Source: Planctomycetota bacterium (GTDB taxonomy: Bacteria; Planctomycetota; UBA11346). From it: DNA of 52,888 nucleotides. Position 1 is the first letter of the stretch; each line of letters starts with the position of its first letter. Positions 10,365 to 19,233 of this stretch are shown piece after piece. Under the pieces are notes generated by a model. That model was not told where the DNA came from. It did no database searches and saw only the letters and a program-made list of their open reading frames with translations. Both the position numbers and the translations under genes were made by a program. The DNA lies in NCBI GenBank assembly GCA_038231435.1, contig JBBRLJ010000037.1, forward strand, positions 1-52,888, in the 5' to 3' direction.

Positions 10365-12359
10365 ATGGCCAAGGCCATCGTCCCGTTCCGACAGATCCAC
10401 CTCGACTTCCATACCGGGCCGTCGATCCCGGACGTGGGCCGGGATTTCGATGCCAAAGCCTTCGCCCGGACGCTGAAAAAGGCTCATGTCGATAGCGTCA
10501 CGGTGTTCGCCAAATGCCACCATGGCCATCTCTACTACACCACCAAGCGGCCGGAACGGCATCCGGGCCTGCGCAAGGGGCTCGATCTGACTGCGAGCCA
10601 GGTCGAGGCGCTCCATCGCGAGGGCATCAGGGCCCCGATCTACATCAGCGTGCAGTGCGACGAGTATGCGGCCGATACGCATCCCGAGTGGATCGCGACC
10701 AAGCCGGACAGCTCCTACCACATGTGGCGTGGCAATGCCACATCGGGCGCGTGGTTCGGCGCTGGCTGGCAGATCCTCGACATGTCCTCACCCTATCAGG
10801 ACTACCTCGCCGAGCAGACGCGTGAAATCCTCACGCGCTTCAAGCCGGTCGACGGCATCTTCTTCGACATGTGCTGGGATCAGCAGAGCTGCAGCCAGTG
10901 GGCGATCGCGGGCATGGACAAGGCAGGTCTCAATCCCGAGAGCGAGGACGATCGCAAGACCTACGCCAACCAGGTGACGATGGCGTACATGAAGCGCTTC
11001 CACGCGTTGGTGCGCGCGGCGGCGCCCAAGGCTGGCGTCTACTTCAACGGGCGGCCGCTCGCCAACCTTCCGCGCGAGGTCCGCTACCAGGAGCAGGTCG
11101 AGATCGAGGCCCTGCCCACCGGCGGCTGGGGCTACATGTACTTCCCGAGCTACGTGCGCTTCGCGCGAAACTTCGGCAAGGATTACCTCGGCATGACCGC
11201 CCGCTTCCACAAGAGCTGGGCGGATTTCGGCGGCCTCAAGCCGTACGCCGCGCTCGAGTACGAGACCAGCCAGATGATGGCCCATGGGGCGCGCTGTTCG
11301 ATCGGCGATCAGCTGCACCCGCGCGGCATCCTCGATCGCGGTGCGTACGAGCTCATCGGCAAGGCCTACGCCCGCGTCGCCGAGCGCGAGCCGTGGCTCG
11401 ATGGCGCGCGCAGCGTGGCCCAAATCGGCCTGTTCCAGATCCCGAACACGCACAACAGCTCGATCGGTCTGAGTGGCAGCGACGAGGGCGCGGTGCGCCT
11501 GCTCACCCAGCTGAAGCACCAGTTCGACGTGGTCGACTTCGGCAGCGATCTCGAGCGCTACGAGCTGCTGGTGCTGCCCGATCGCATTCCCGTCGACAAG
11601 GCATCGGCGCGCCGGTTGCGAACCTATCTCGATCGCGGCGGCCGACTCCTGGTCAGTGGCGAGTCGGGCCTCGATGCCACGCAGACCGCTACCACTCTCG
11701 CGGCGCTGCCGATCAAACCGCTCGGCATGTCTCCCTTCAGCTCGACCTATGTGCGCTTCGGCGAGAGCGTGGCCGCCGGCGTGGCGCCCAGCGACCACAT
11801 CATGTACGACCGCAGCGTGCGCGTCGTGCCGGCGCGCGGCGGCAAGACCGTGGCTGGCGTGGTCGAGCCCTATTTCGAGCGTGGGTGGCGGCACTTCTCG
11901 TCGCATGCCCAGACCCCAGGGGACAAGCTCAGCCGCTACGCCGCCGCGGTGCTCTCGCGGCAGGTTGCCTACATCGCCTACCCGGTCTTCGCGGGCTTCG
12001 CGGCGCACGGCAACCTGCACCTGCGCCAGCTGGTGGGCAACCTCATCGACAAGCTCCTGCCGGCGCCGCTCCTGCGCCTGAGGGCGCCGTCGAGCACCGA
12101 GGCGACGGTGATGCGCCAGCGCGGCCGGACCATCGTGCACCTGCTGCAATATTGTCCTGAGCGCCGCGCCGAGAACCGCGACATCGTTGAGGACATCGTC
12201 CCCCTGCGCGATGTCGCGATGTCGCTGCGGCTCGAACGGCAGCCCCGCAAGGCCTACCTGGCCCCGGAGCTCGCCCCCCTGCAGATCACCTGGCGCCGTG
12301 GCCGCGCCGAGGTGGTGGTGCCCGAGGTCACGGGGCACGCCATGGTGGTGTTCGAATAG
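10365..12359 (+). CDS. GHL6/GH151-like glycoside hydrolase (alpha-L-fucosidase-like) with beta-galactosidase trimerisation-type domain
   Basis: FRQIHLDFHT, FAKCHHG, DGIFFD, EALPTGGWGY, GMTARFHKSWADFGG, CSIGDQLHP. No signal peptide. Confidence 0.8.
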   Translation: MAKAIVPFRQIHLDFHTGPSIPDVGRDFDAKAFARTLKKAHVDSVTVFAKCHHGHLYYTTKRPERHPGLRKGLDLTASQVEALHREGIRAPIYISVQCDEYAADTHPEWIATKPDSSYHMWRGNATSGAWFGAGWQILDMSSPYQDYLAEQTREILTRFKPVDGIFFDMCWDQQSCSQWAIAGMDKAGLNPESEDDRKTYANQVTMAYMKRFHALVRAAAPKAGVYFNGRPLANLPREVRYQEQVEIEALPTGGWGYMYFPSYVRFARNFGKDYLGMTARFHKSWADFGGLKPYAALEYETSQMMAHGARCSIGDQLHPRGILDRGAYELIGKAYARVAEREPWLDGARSVAQIGLFQIPNTHNSSIGLSGSDEGAVRLLTQLKHQFDVVDFGSDLERYELLVLPDRIPVDKASARRLRTYLDRGGRLLVSGESGLDATQTATTLAALPIKPLGMSPFSSTYVRFGESVAAGVAPSDHIMYDRSVRVVPARGGKTVAGVVEPYFERGWRHFSSHAQTPGDKLSRYAAAVLSRQVAYIAYPVFAGFAAHGNLHLRQLVGNLIDKLLPAPLLRLRAPSSTEATVMRQRGRTIVHLLQYCPERRAENRDIVEDIVPLRDVAMSLRLERQPRKAYLAPELAPLQITWRRGRAEVVVPEVTGHAMVVFE

Positions 12360-12485
12360 TCGGCTCCCCTGCGGGGCTCGACAGGGTCCCTTTCGGGAGA
12401 ACCGGACTCTGTTCCCCCTGGGCGGGGGGGAGGTCTCCCGTTCCCTCGCTCTCGCCCCCCATACGCTGGGCCTCCGGCCCGTGGC

Positions 12486-15233
12486 ATGAGCAACCTATCG
12501 ACCCTCGTCTGCTCGACCTGCCAAGGCCTGATCTCTCCAGAGGAGCTGGCGCAGGGCCTGGCGGTGCGCATCGATGGGCAGCTGGTCTGCTCGAACTGCG
12601 TGGACCTGCTCCCCGGCCGGGCGCAACTCGAGATCAACCGGTTTCGGGCGCTCAAGGGCCTGACCGCCACCACCTACAGCGTCGAGGTGCCCGGCCATCC
12701 CGACCATCATCGCTTCACCTTCACCACCTCGGGCAACGTGCTCTTCCACCGGCGCGCCGAGCGCGATGGCGGCACGTTCTCGGCTCCGCCCCTGCCCGCC
12801 CAGACCCGTGAACCCCTCGGGATAACGGCGGGAGCCGCGGCCGGATCGGCGGTCGGCTCCACTGGCGGTCCCGCCGGAGAAGGAGTGGACCCGGGGAAGC
12901 GGGGTCCCGAGCGGTCCCGCCAGCGTTCCTGGCTGCCGGTGATGGCCATCGCCGCCGGTGTCATCGTCGTGCTGGCGGTCGGCATCACGCTGCTGGCCAT
13001 GTCCGGCGCGCCGCGCAAACCGGGATCGTCGGACGTGCACGCCGTCCACCAGCCGACCCGGGCGGACTATCCCGAGGATGCCGCCGCGGCCTGGGCGGCG
13101 AGCGTCCAGGATCGCTCCTGCCCAGCGGCCGTGGCCCACGAGATCGGCCAGGAGCTGAGGCGTTCAGCGGCGCGTGTCCTCGGACAGGCGGCCGTCGATC
13201 TCGACCATGGCAAGCCCGATGCCGCGCGTGCGGGCCTGGATGCGCTGCAACTCCCCGAGGATCTCCCCGGCGAGCCGTGGGTCGCCGACATGCGTGGACG
13301 CGTCCGCACGCTCTCTTCGCGCCTCGCCCAGGCGGAGCAGCACGTCGGCAAGGATCCCAAGCCAGTCCACACGCCCGAGTCAGGTCCGGAGCCGCAACTC
13401 GCGACCCCAACGCTCGAAGCCTCGCCCGAGTCCGAGGCACCGCTACCAGACAGCGACGGAGCCGCGATCGCCGCGGGTCCCGAATGCTGGCTGATCTCCA
13501 GCGATGATCTCATGGCCGCCCATCCGGGAACCTTCTGGAAAGCTGGAGGCGAGTTGACCGGGCTGTACGGCACGCTCGAGCGGCAGCTGCCGCCGCTCAC
13601 CGGCGGACGCTACCAGGCCTGGGTCAAAGCCTCGGCGTCGCAGCCGAAGGGCGATTTCAGCGTCCTCATCGATGGCCGCGTCGTCGGCACCCTCCAGGCG
13701 AAGGACTTCATGCCGGGTGGATGGAAGCCGCTGCGCCTCGGCGTGGATCTCAGCCAGGGTCCATGCACCGTGACCATCAAGGTCCATGGCGCGTCGTGGC
13801 GCATCGCCAGCCTCTATCTGGCTGGTGGAGACCGCCCCGGGCCCGAGGGAGCGACCGCATCGGCTCCGCCGTGGCTCCCGCTCTCGGTGGCCCCCCAGCG
13901 CAAGGTCTCGGACACCGAGCACCCGGGCGACGCGGATGCGAGGCCGCAGGCTCACGCCACGATCGGGAAGGAGCAACGCATGGTGGCGACCTGGGCGCAC
14001 GCGTTCGTGTGGCCACAGGCACCCAAGGAGGAACCGCTCGACGGCTCGGCGAACCTGCCGTCGCCATGGCCGAGCGGAGCAGAGCCGTTCCATCGTTCGC
14101 AGCGGCCACCAGGGCCCAAGCACGCGCACATGCTCGAGCTCGAGCTGGCCAAGGCCGATGTCGACGCTGGCGGCGTGGTGATCCTGGTGCATCGCGTCCG
14201 CGCCGATCGCAAATCGCTGTCTGTCGCCGTCGAATCGCAGCTGCCGAGCCGCACCGAGGTGGTGCCGACGCCCAGCAAGCACGATCCGACCGCGACCACG
14301 ATCGAGGAACGCCCTGACAAGGTCACCCTGCCGCTCGAGCCATTGACGTTCTCCGAGACGGGTGATTGGCAGGTCTTCTCGGTGCCATTCCCGGATCTCG
14401 GGCCATGCGGCGAGCGCCTGTGGCTGAAGCTCGAGGACGTGTCGGATCTCGGCCCAGACCGCGGATTCCTGCTCGGCAAGGTGGTCACGGTCACCCATGG
14501 CGCGCCGTCGCCGACGGATCTCGAGCTGATGGCGCCGCCGCTGGTGGCTGGCGACGTGATCTCCAACAAGGACTATCAGCGCAAGCTGGTGAACATGCTG
14601 ACCCAGGTCGCGGCCCACCGCGCGGTGCACAAATGGAACGACGCGCGCACCTTCGATGCGCGCAAGGTCAAACTGCTGGTCACGAACCCCGACAAGACCT
14701 GGGAGACCGAGATGCGCAGGCAGCTCGCCCGCGTCCTCGGCGTCAAGGATGCGCCGCGCGGATGCATCGACAACCTCGCTCTGGCCGACAATTGGTTCGC
14801 CGACAAGCAGTTCAAGGGCCAGGAACCGCTGCTCGATCCGGACAGCGAGGTTGTCGCGGCGGTCTGCCTGAATGGCGAAGAGGCCGGTTGCTCGCTGAAG
14901 GATCCCCAGGTGCTCGACAAGTGGATGCGCACCATCGCGTCCAACCTGATGGGCGGCGACAAGAACGGCAAGCGCGGCGGCTTCATCCCGGTGATCGTGA
15001 TCGGCCGTACCGAGAAGGTCGCCGACTTCGCCCAGCAGTCGGCCATCGACACCGCCTGGCTGAAGGTCCGCGACGACTGCACGAACACCGGCCTGCCGCT
15101 CATCGACATCCGCGGCGCCCAGTCGCAGAAATCCAAGACCGATGTCCGCGTGCTCGCGGCCCAGCTGCTGGCGGACGGCCTGCGCACCCTGGCCTACCAG
15201 GTCAGCTGGGCGCAGAGCCACATCAAGCAATGA
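12486..15233 (+). CDS. 915-aa hypothetical bitopic membrane protein with an N-terminal C4 zinc finger
   Basis: CSTC...CSNC at the N-terminus, one TM segment at about aa 150-172, then beta-rich and alpha/beta domains. ATGA overlap with hemC. Confidence 0.75.
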   Translation: MSNLSTLVCSTCQGLISPEELAQGLAVRIDGQLVCSNCVDLLPGRAQLEINRFRALKGLTATTYSVEVPGHPDHHRFTFTTSGNVLFHRRAERDGGTFSAPPLPAQTREPLGITAGAAAGSAVGSTGGPAGEGVDPGKRGPERSRQRSWLPVMAIAAGVIVVLAVGITLLAMSGAPRKPGSSDVHAVHQPTRADYPEDAAAAWAASVQDRSCPAAVAHEIGQELRRSAARVLGQAAVDLDHGKPDAARAGLDALQLPEDLPGEPWVADMRGRVRTLSSRLAQAEQHVGKDPKPVHTPESGPEPQLATPTLEASPESEAPLPDSDGAAIAAGPECWLISSDDLMAAHPGTFWKAGGELTGLYGTLERQLPPLTGGRYQAWVKASASQPKGDFSVLIDGRVVGTLQAKDFMPGGWKPLRLGVDLSQGPCTVTIKVHGASWRIASLYLAGGDRPGPEGATASAPPWLPLSVAPQRKVSDTEHPGDADARPQAHATIGKEQRMVATWAHAFVWPQAPKEEPLDGSANLPSPWPSGAEPFHRSQRPPGPKHAHMLELELAKADVDAGGVVILVHRVRADRKSLSVAVESQLPSRTEVVPTPSKHDPTATTIEERPDKVTLPLEPLTFSETGDWQVFSVPFPDLGPCGERLWLKLEDVSDLGPDRGFLLGKVVTVTHGAPSPTDLELMAPPLVAGDVISNKDYQRKLVNMLTQVAAHRAVHKWNDARTFDARKVKLLVTNPDKTWETEMRRQLARVLGVKDAPRGCIDNLALADNWFADKQFKGQEPLLDPDSEVVAAVCLNGEEAGCSLKDPQVLDKWMRTIASNLMGGDKNGKRGGFIPVIVIGRTEKVADFAQQSAIDTAWLKVRDDCTNTGLPLIDIRGAQSQKSKTDVRVLAAQLLADGLRTLAYQVSWAQSHIKQ

Positions 15234-16105
15234 CGCTCGGGGAATTCCGCATCGCCACCCGTTCGAGCCCGCTCGCATTGTGGCAGGCGCGCTGGGTCGC
15301 GAGCCGGCTGCGCCGCCTCCATCCGCGCCTGCGCGTACGGTTGGTGCCGATCGTCTCGAGCGGCGACCGCGACCGCGTCACCGCGCTCTACGACTCGTCG
15401 ACCGTGGGCATGTTCGTGCGCGAGATCCAGGCAGCGGTCCTCGCCGGCGATGCGGACGCGGGCGTGCACAGCTGCAAGGATCTCCCAACCACCCTGCCAT
15501 CCGGCCTAGCGCTCGCCGCCGTCATGCCGCGCGCGGACGCGCGCGACGCGCTGGTCGGAGCCACCGGCATCGCCGGGTTGCGCCAGGGCGCGCTGGTCGG
15601 CACCTCGAGCCTGCGCCGCCAACTCCAGTTGGCGCATGCCAGGCCCGACCTGCGCTTCGTGCCCATACGCGGCAATGTCGATACCCGCGTGCGCAAGGTC
15701 CGCGAGGGCGAGGTCGACGCCACCGTCCTCGCGTCGGCCGGCCTCTCGCGATTGGGCCTCCTACGCGCGGTGGCAGCGGTGCCGCTCGATGCCATCGTCG
15801 CCTGCGTGCCTGCCCCCGCGCAGGGAGCCGTGGCGGTGGACTGCCGGGACGGCGACCGGCGCGCGCGCTGGCTGCTCGGTTCCATATCGCACCACGACAG
15901 CGCGCGCGCCGCGACGATCGAGCGCGCGGTGCTGTCCTCGTTCGCGGGCGGTTGCTCGCTGCCATTGGGCTGCTACGCGTGGCGCGACCAGGGCTCCTGG
16001 CATGCGGTGGCGCGCCTATGCATCGATGGAGGCATCCGCGAGTGCCGGCACCAGGGAAGCGCCGAGGAGCTGGCTAGACGCGTGATCGTCTCGCTGTCTC
16101 GCTGA
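15230..16105 (+). CDS. hemC: Hydroxymethylbilane synthase (porphobilinogen deaminase)
   Basis: RIATRSSPLALWQA, VHSCKDLP, GTSSLRR, IRGNVDTR, GGCSLP (cofactor Cys). This is the C-terminal part of ORF 14366..16105. Confidence 0.95.
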   Translation: MTLGEFRIATRSSPLALWQARWVASRLRRLHPRLRVRLVPIVSSGDRDRVTALYDSSTVGMFVREIQAAVLAGDADAGVHSCKDLPTTLPSGLALAAVMPRADARDALVGATGIAGLRQGALVGTSSLRRQLQLAHARPDLRFVPIRGNVDTRVRKVREGEVDATVLASAGLSRLGLLRAVAAVPLDAIVACVPAPAQGAVAVDCRDGDRRARWLLGSISHHDSARAATIERAVLSSFAGGCSLPLGCYAWRDQGSWHAVARLCIDGGIRECRHQGSAEELARRVIVSLSR

Positions 16106-16186
16106 AGGCACCGCCGTCGGCGGTGGGACACCAACGCAGCCAATCCGCTAAACGGGCAGCGTAGCTCCAAGGACGAGGGCCGGCGT

Positions 16187-17653
16187 TCAGCGTTTGTGCA
16201 TCTTCTTGAGCTTCGCCTTCTTCTTGCGCTCGGCCCGGTAGCGCTTGAGCGCGTCCTTGTCCTCGCGGTTCTGGAACAGCCGGTTCGGATTGGGCATGAA
16301 CGCGCCCGGATTGGCGAGCTGCTGCGGCGTGAGCTCGTCCTTGCCCGGCAGCTTCTCGGCCATGTCTTTGATGTCGCCGAACTTGCCCATCATCTTCTTC
16401 ATCGCGTCGAAGTGCTTGAGCAGCGCCTGCACATCGTTGGTGCTGGTGCCCGAGCCGTGGGCGACGCGGCGGCGGCGGCTCATGTCGACGAGCTCGGGCC
16501 GCATCTTCTCGGACTTGGTCATCGAGCCGATGATGGCGCTGTACTTGCGGAAGATGGACTCGTCGACGTTGAGATTCGAGAACTTGGCACCGATGCCGGG
16601 GATCAGGCCGATGATGTCCTTGATCGAGCCCATCTTCTGGATCGCCGCGAGCTGGCTCTGGAAATCGCCGAGGTCGAACTTGTTCTTGAGGATCTTGTCC
16701 TCGAGCTTCTTGGCCTCCTTCTCATCGACCGCGCCCTGGGCCTTCTCGACGAAGGACAGGATGTCGCCCATGCCGAGGATGCGCCTGGCCATGCGGTCGG
16801 GATGGAAGGGTTGCAGCGCGTCGAGCTTCTCGCCCATGCCGACGAACTTGATCGGCTTGCCGATCACTGAACGCAGCGAGACGATCGCTCCACCGCGCGC
16901 GTCGCCGTCGAGCTTGGTCACCACCACGCCGTCGAGCGGCAGGCGGTCGTTGAAGGCCTTGGCGCTGGTGACCGCGTCCTGGCCGGTCATCGCGTCGACC
17001 ACCAGGTAGGTCTGGTGCGGCTTGGTGCGGGCGTGGATCTCGGCGACCTCCTTCATCAGCTCGTCGTCGACATGCAGGCGGCCGGCGGTGTCGAGGATCA
17101 CGACGTCGCGATTGTCGACCTCGGCGAGGGCCACGGCATCGGCGCAGAGCTGCGGCGGGGTCAGCCCGGGTTTATGGAAGACCGGCACCTTGATCTGCGC
17201 GCCGAGCACCTTGAGCTGTTCGATAGCGGCCGGTCGCTGGAGATCGGCCGCGACCAGCAGCGGCCGCTTGCCGTTGGATTCGAGGAGCTTGGCGAGCTTC
17301 GCGCAGGTGGTGGTCTTGCCCGAGCCCTGCAGGCCGGCCATGAGGATGACCGTGGGCCCGGTCTTGGCGAAGGGGATGTCCGAATCCGATTCGCCCATCA
17401 GCGCGATCAGCTCGTCGTGCACCACCTGGACGACCTGCTGGCCGGGCTGCACGCCCTTGATGACCTCGTCGCCCACCGCCTTGGCGGTGACCTTGTCGAT
17501 GAAGTCGCGGACCACCTGGACGTTGACGTCGGCTTCGAGCAGCGCCCGGCGCACGTCGCGCAGGCCGTCGCGGATGTTGTCCTCGGTGAGCTTGCCGCCG
17601 TAGCGCAGCTTGTCGAAGATGGAGCCGAAGCGCTCGGCGATATGTTCGAACAT
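16187..17653 (-). CDS. ffh: Signal recognition particle protein
   Basis: ALLEADV, GLQGSGKTT, DTAGR, TKLDGDARGG, and a Met-rich M domain. Confidence 0.98.
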   Translation of the reverse strand: MFEHIAERFGSIFDKLRYGGKLTEDNIRDGLRDVRRALLEADVNVQVVRDFIDKVTAKAVGDEVIKGVQPGQQVVQVVHDELIALMGESDSDIPFAKTGPTVILMAGLQGSGKTTTCAKLAKLLESNGKRPLLVAADLQRPAAIEQLKVLGAQIKVPVFHKPGLTPPQLCADAVALAEVDNRDVVILDTAGRLHVDDELMKEVAEIHARTKPHQTYLVVDAMTGQDAVTSAKAFNDRLPLDGVVVTKLDGDARGGAIVSLRSVIGKPIKFVGMGEKLDALQPFHPDRMARRILGMGDILSFVEKAQGAVDEKEAKKLEDKILKNKFDLGDFQSQLAAIQKMGSIKDIIGLIPGIGAKFSNLNVDESIFRKYSAIIGSMTKSEKMRPELVDMSRRRRVAHGSGTSTNDVQALLKHFDAMKKMMGKFGDIKDMAEKLPGKDELTPQQLANPGAFMPNPNRLFQNREDKDALKRYRAERKKKAKLKKMHKR

Positions 17654-17728
17654 GATGACCCCTCACGGAGAGGGTCGGGCTTTGACGGGAGCCGGGCGGG
17701 AATGCTAGCGAACACGCTAGGTAGGCAA

Positions 17729-18313
17729 CTACGGAACGTCCGTCGTCCGTCGTCCGTCGTTTGTCGTCGGGGAAGGAGAGGGAGAAGGACGGCGGAGCGC
17801 CAGATCCGAGAGGGTCTGGTGCGCAAGCGGATGCGTCCAATTGCCCGCGATCTCGGCCAATGGCCCGAGCACGAACGGGCGCTCGAGCAGGCGCGGATGC
17901 GGCAGGGTCAGTACGGGTGTCGAGACCACCAAGCCATCATCGCGCAACAGCAGATCGAGGTCGATGGTGCGCGCGCCCCACCGTACCTCCCTGCTCCTGC
18001 CGAGGGCGGTTTCGATCGCTTGCAGGAGGTGCAGAAGCTGGTGCGGCCCGAGCCTGGTCTCGATGATCCAGGCGCCATTGAGGAACGGATCCTGACCGGA
18101 GGGACCGCCCACTGGCGCGGATTCGATCAATGCCGAAGCGGCGCATAGGCGAGCCTGCGCCGTGAGTCCAATCCTGCGCGCCGCCTCGGCGATCGTCGCA
18201 TGCCGATCCCCGCGATTCGCCCCGACCCCCACCGCGTATCGTTCGCCAGTTCCGGCTCCAGTTCCAACGTCAGCGCCGCACGCCGCAGGCTGCACGTCGG
18301 ACGTGCTATCCAT
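17729..18313 (-). CDS. folK: 2-amino-4-hydroxy-6-hydroxymethyldihydropteridine diphosphokinase
   Basis: GVGANRGDR, QDPFLNGA, RWGARTIDLDLL, LPHPRLLERPFVLGPL. Start uncertain. Confidence 0.92.
   Translation of the reverse strand: MDSTSDVQPAACGADVGTGAGTGERYAVGVGANRGDRHATIAEAARRIGLTAQARLCAASALIESAPVGGPSGQDPFLNGAWIIETRLGPHQLLHLLQAIETALGRSREVRWGARTIDLDLLLRDDGLVVSTPVLTLPHPRLLERPFVLGPLAEIAGNWTHPLAHQTLSDLALRRPSPSPSPTTNDGRRTTDVP
17737..17768. repeat. Heptamer tandem repeat (CGTCCGT)x3 plus degenerate copies, in the folK 3' end
   Basis: cgtccgt cgtccgt cgtccgt cgtttgt cgtc. Confidence 0.8.
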
Positions 18314-18800
18314 GGATGGCACCCGCGCCGGCGTCCAAGCGGATGCGGTTGGCCGCCTGGTGCACTTCCTTGTCGGCCACCAGCAGCTTGACCAGCTGGC
18401 TCGACGAGATGCCAAGCGCCTTCGCCGAGTCGGCCAGGCTGCCCGACGCAGTGGCCAGCGCATCGAGGCAGCACGCCACGACGAGGGGATACTCGCGCGC
18501 GCTGCCGCCGATCTCCATCTGACGGCCCTTGCGGTAGCGCTCCACCCAGGCCATGTCCGAGACGCCGCGTTCGGCGATCGCGAGGCGGACGCGCAGGCGC
18601 CGCACCGCATCCACACGGTTGCGTCCGCGCTCGCGATGATCCTCGCATTGCGACACCAGGCCGGTCGGGCGATGCCGCAACCGCACCGCCGACTCGGTCT
18701 TGTTGCGATGCTGGCCTCCTGGCCCGTGCGACGATGAACTGGTGACATCGCATTCGGCGAGGAGGGCCTCGTCGGTCTTGGCAAAACTGGCCGTACTCAA
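18306..18800 (-). CDS. Peptide chain release factor-like (GGQ-domain) protein
   Basis: GPGGQHRNKTESAVRLRHRPTG. The TTG start overlaps the upstream TGA. Confidence 0.88.
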   Translation of the reverse strand: MSTASFAKTDEALLAECDVTSSSSHGPGGQHRNKTESAVRLRHRPTGLVSQCEDHRERGRNRVDAVRRLRVRLAIAERGVSDMAWVERYRKGRQMEIGGSAREYPLVVACCLDALATASGSLADSAKALGISSSQLVKLLVADKEVHQAANRIRLDAGAGAIHG

Positions 18801-19219
18801 TCGGCCTTCAGACGCACCCAGTGCTCGTCGGTCTCGGCGAGGAGGATCTCGGTCAAACGCATGCCCTTGGCCTCGAGCGCCGGCAAGAGCGCCTGCCAGA
18901 TGCGTTGCGAGAGGCCCTCCATGGTGGTGATCGTGCCGTGGAAGAGCGGCACCTCATTGAGGTACCGGTGATCGCTCGGCTTCACCACCAACGCATCGAT
19001 GATCGCGTGCAGTTCCATCACGTTGCAGAAGAAGCCGGTCTTGGGGTCGGGTTTGCCGGAGACCGTGACCTCGAGGCGGTAGTTGTGCCCGTGGATGTTC
19101 TCGCAGATGCCGTATGAGCAGGCGTTGCCGGCGGAGTCGAGCGCATCGCTGTGCAGGCGATGGCTCGAGCTGAACGCGAAGCGGCGGGTGAGGTAGGTGG
19201 TCGGCACGGGTGTTGGCAT
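18797..19219 (-). CDS. queD: 6-pyruvoyl/6-carboxy-tetrahydropterin synthase family (COG0720), probable PTPS-I/III hybrid
   Basis: FSSSHRLH, CENIHGHNY, DHRYLNE, LAET. Start taken at ATG 19219. Confidence 0.88.
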   Translation of the reverse strand: MPTPVPTTYLTRRFAFSSSHRLHSDALDSAGNACSYGICENIHGHNYRLEVTVSGKPDPKTGFFCNVMELHAIIDALVVKPSDHRYLNEVPLFHGTITTMEGLSQRIWQALLPALEAKGMRLTEILLAETDEHWVRLKAD

Positions 19220-19233
19220 GGGTTCCCGATCAG

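Noticed and set aside
14366..15229. Apparent long N-terminal extension of HemC (likewise the FolK ORF extended to 18784 and the dGTPase ORF to 20667)
   Set aside because: The extensions are alternate frames of the upstream genes; coupled starts at 15230, 18313 and 20373 explain them. No fusion or frameshift is needed.
16109..16125. Hairpin CACCGCC-GTC-GGCGGTG between convergent hemC and ffh as an intrinsic terminator
   Set aside because: No U-tract on either strand, so it cannot be supported as a terminator.
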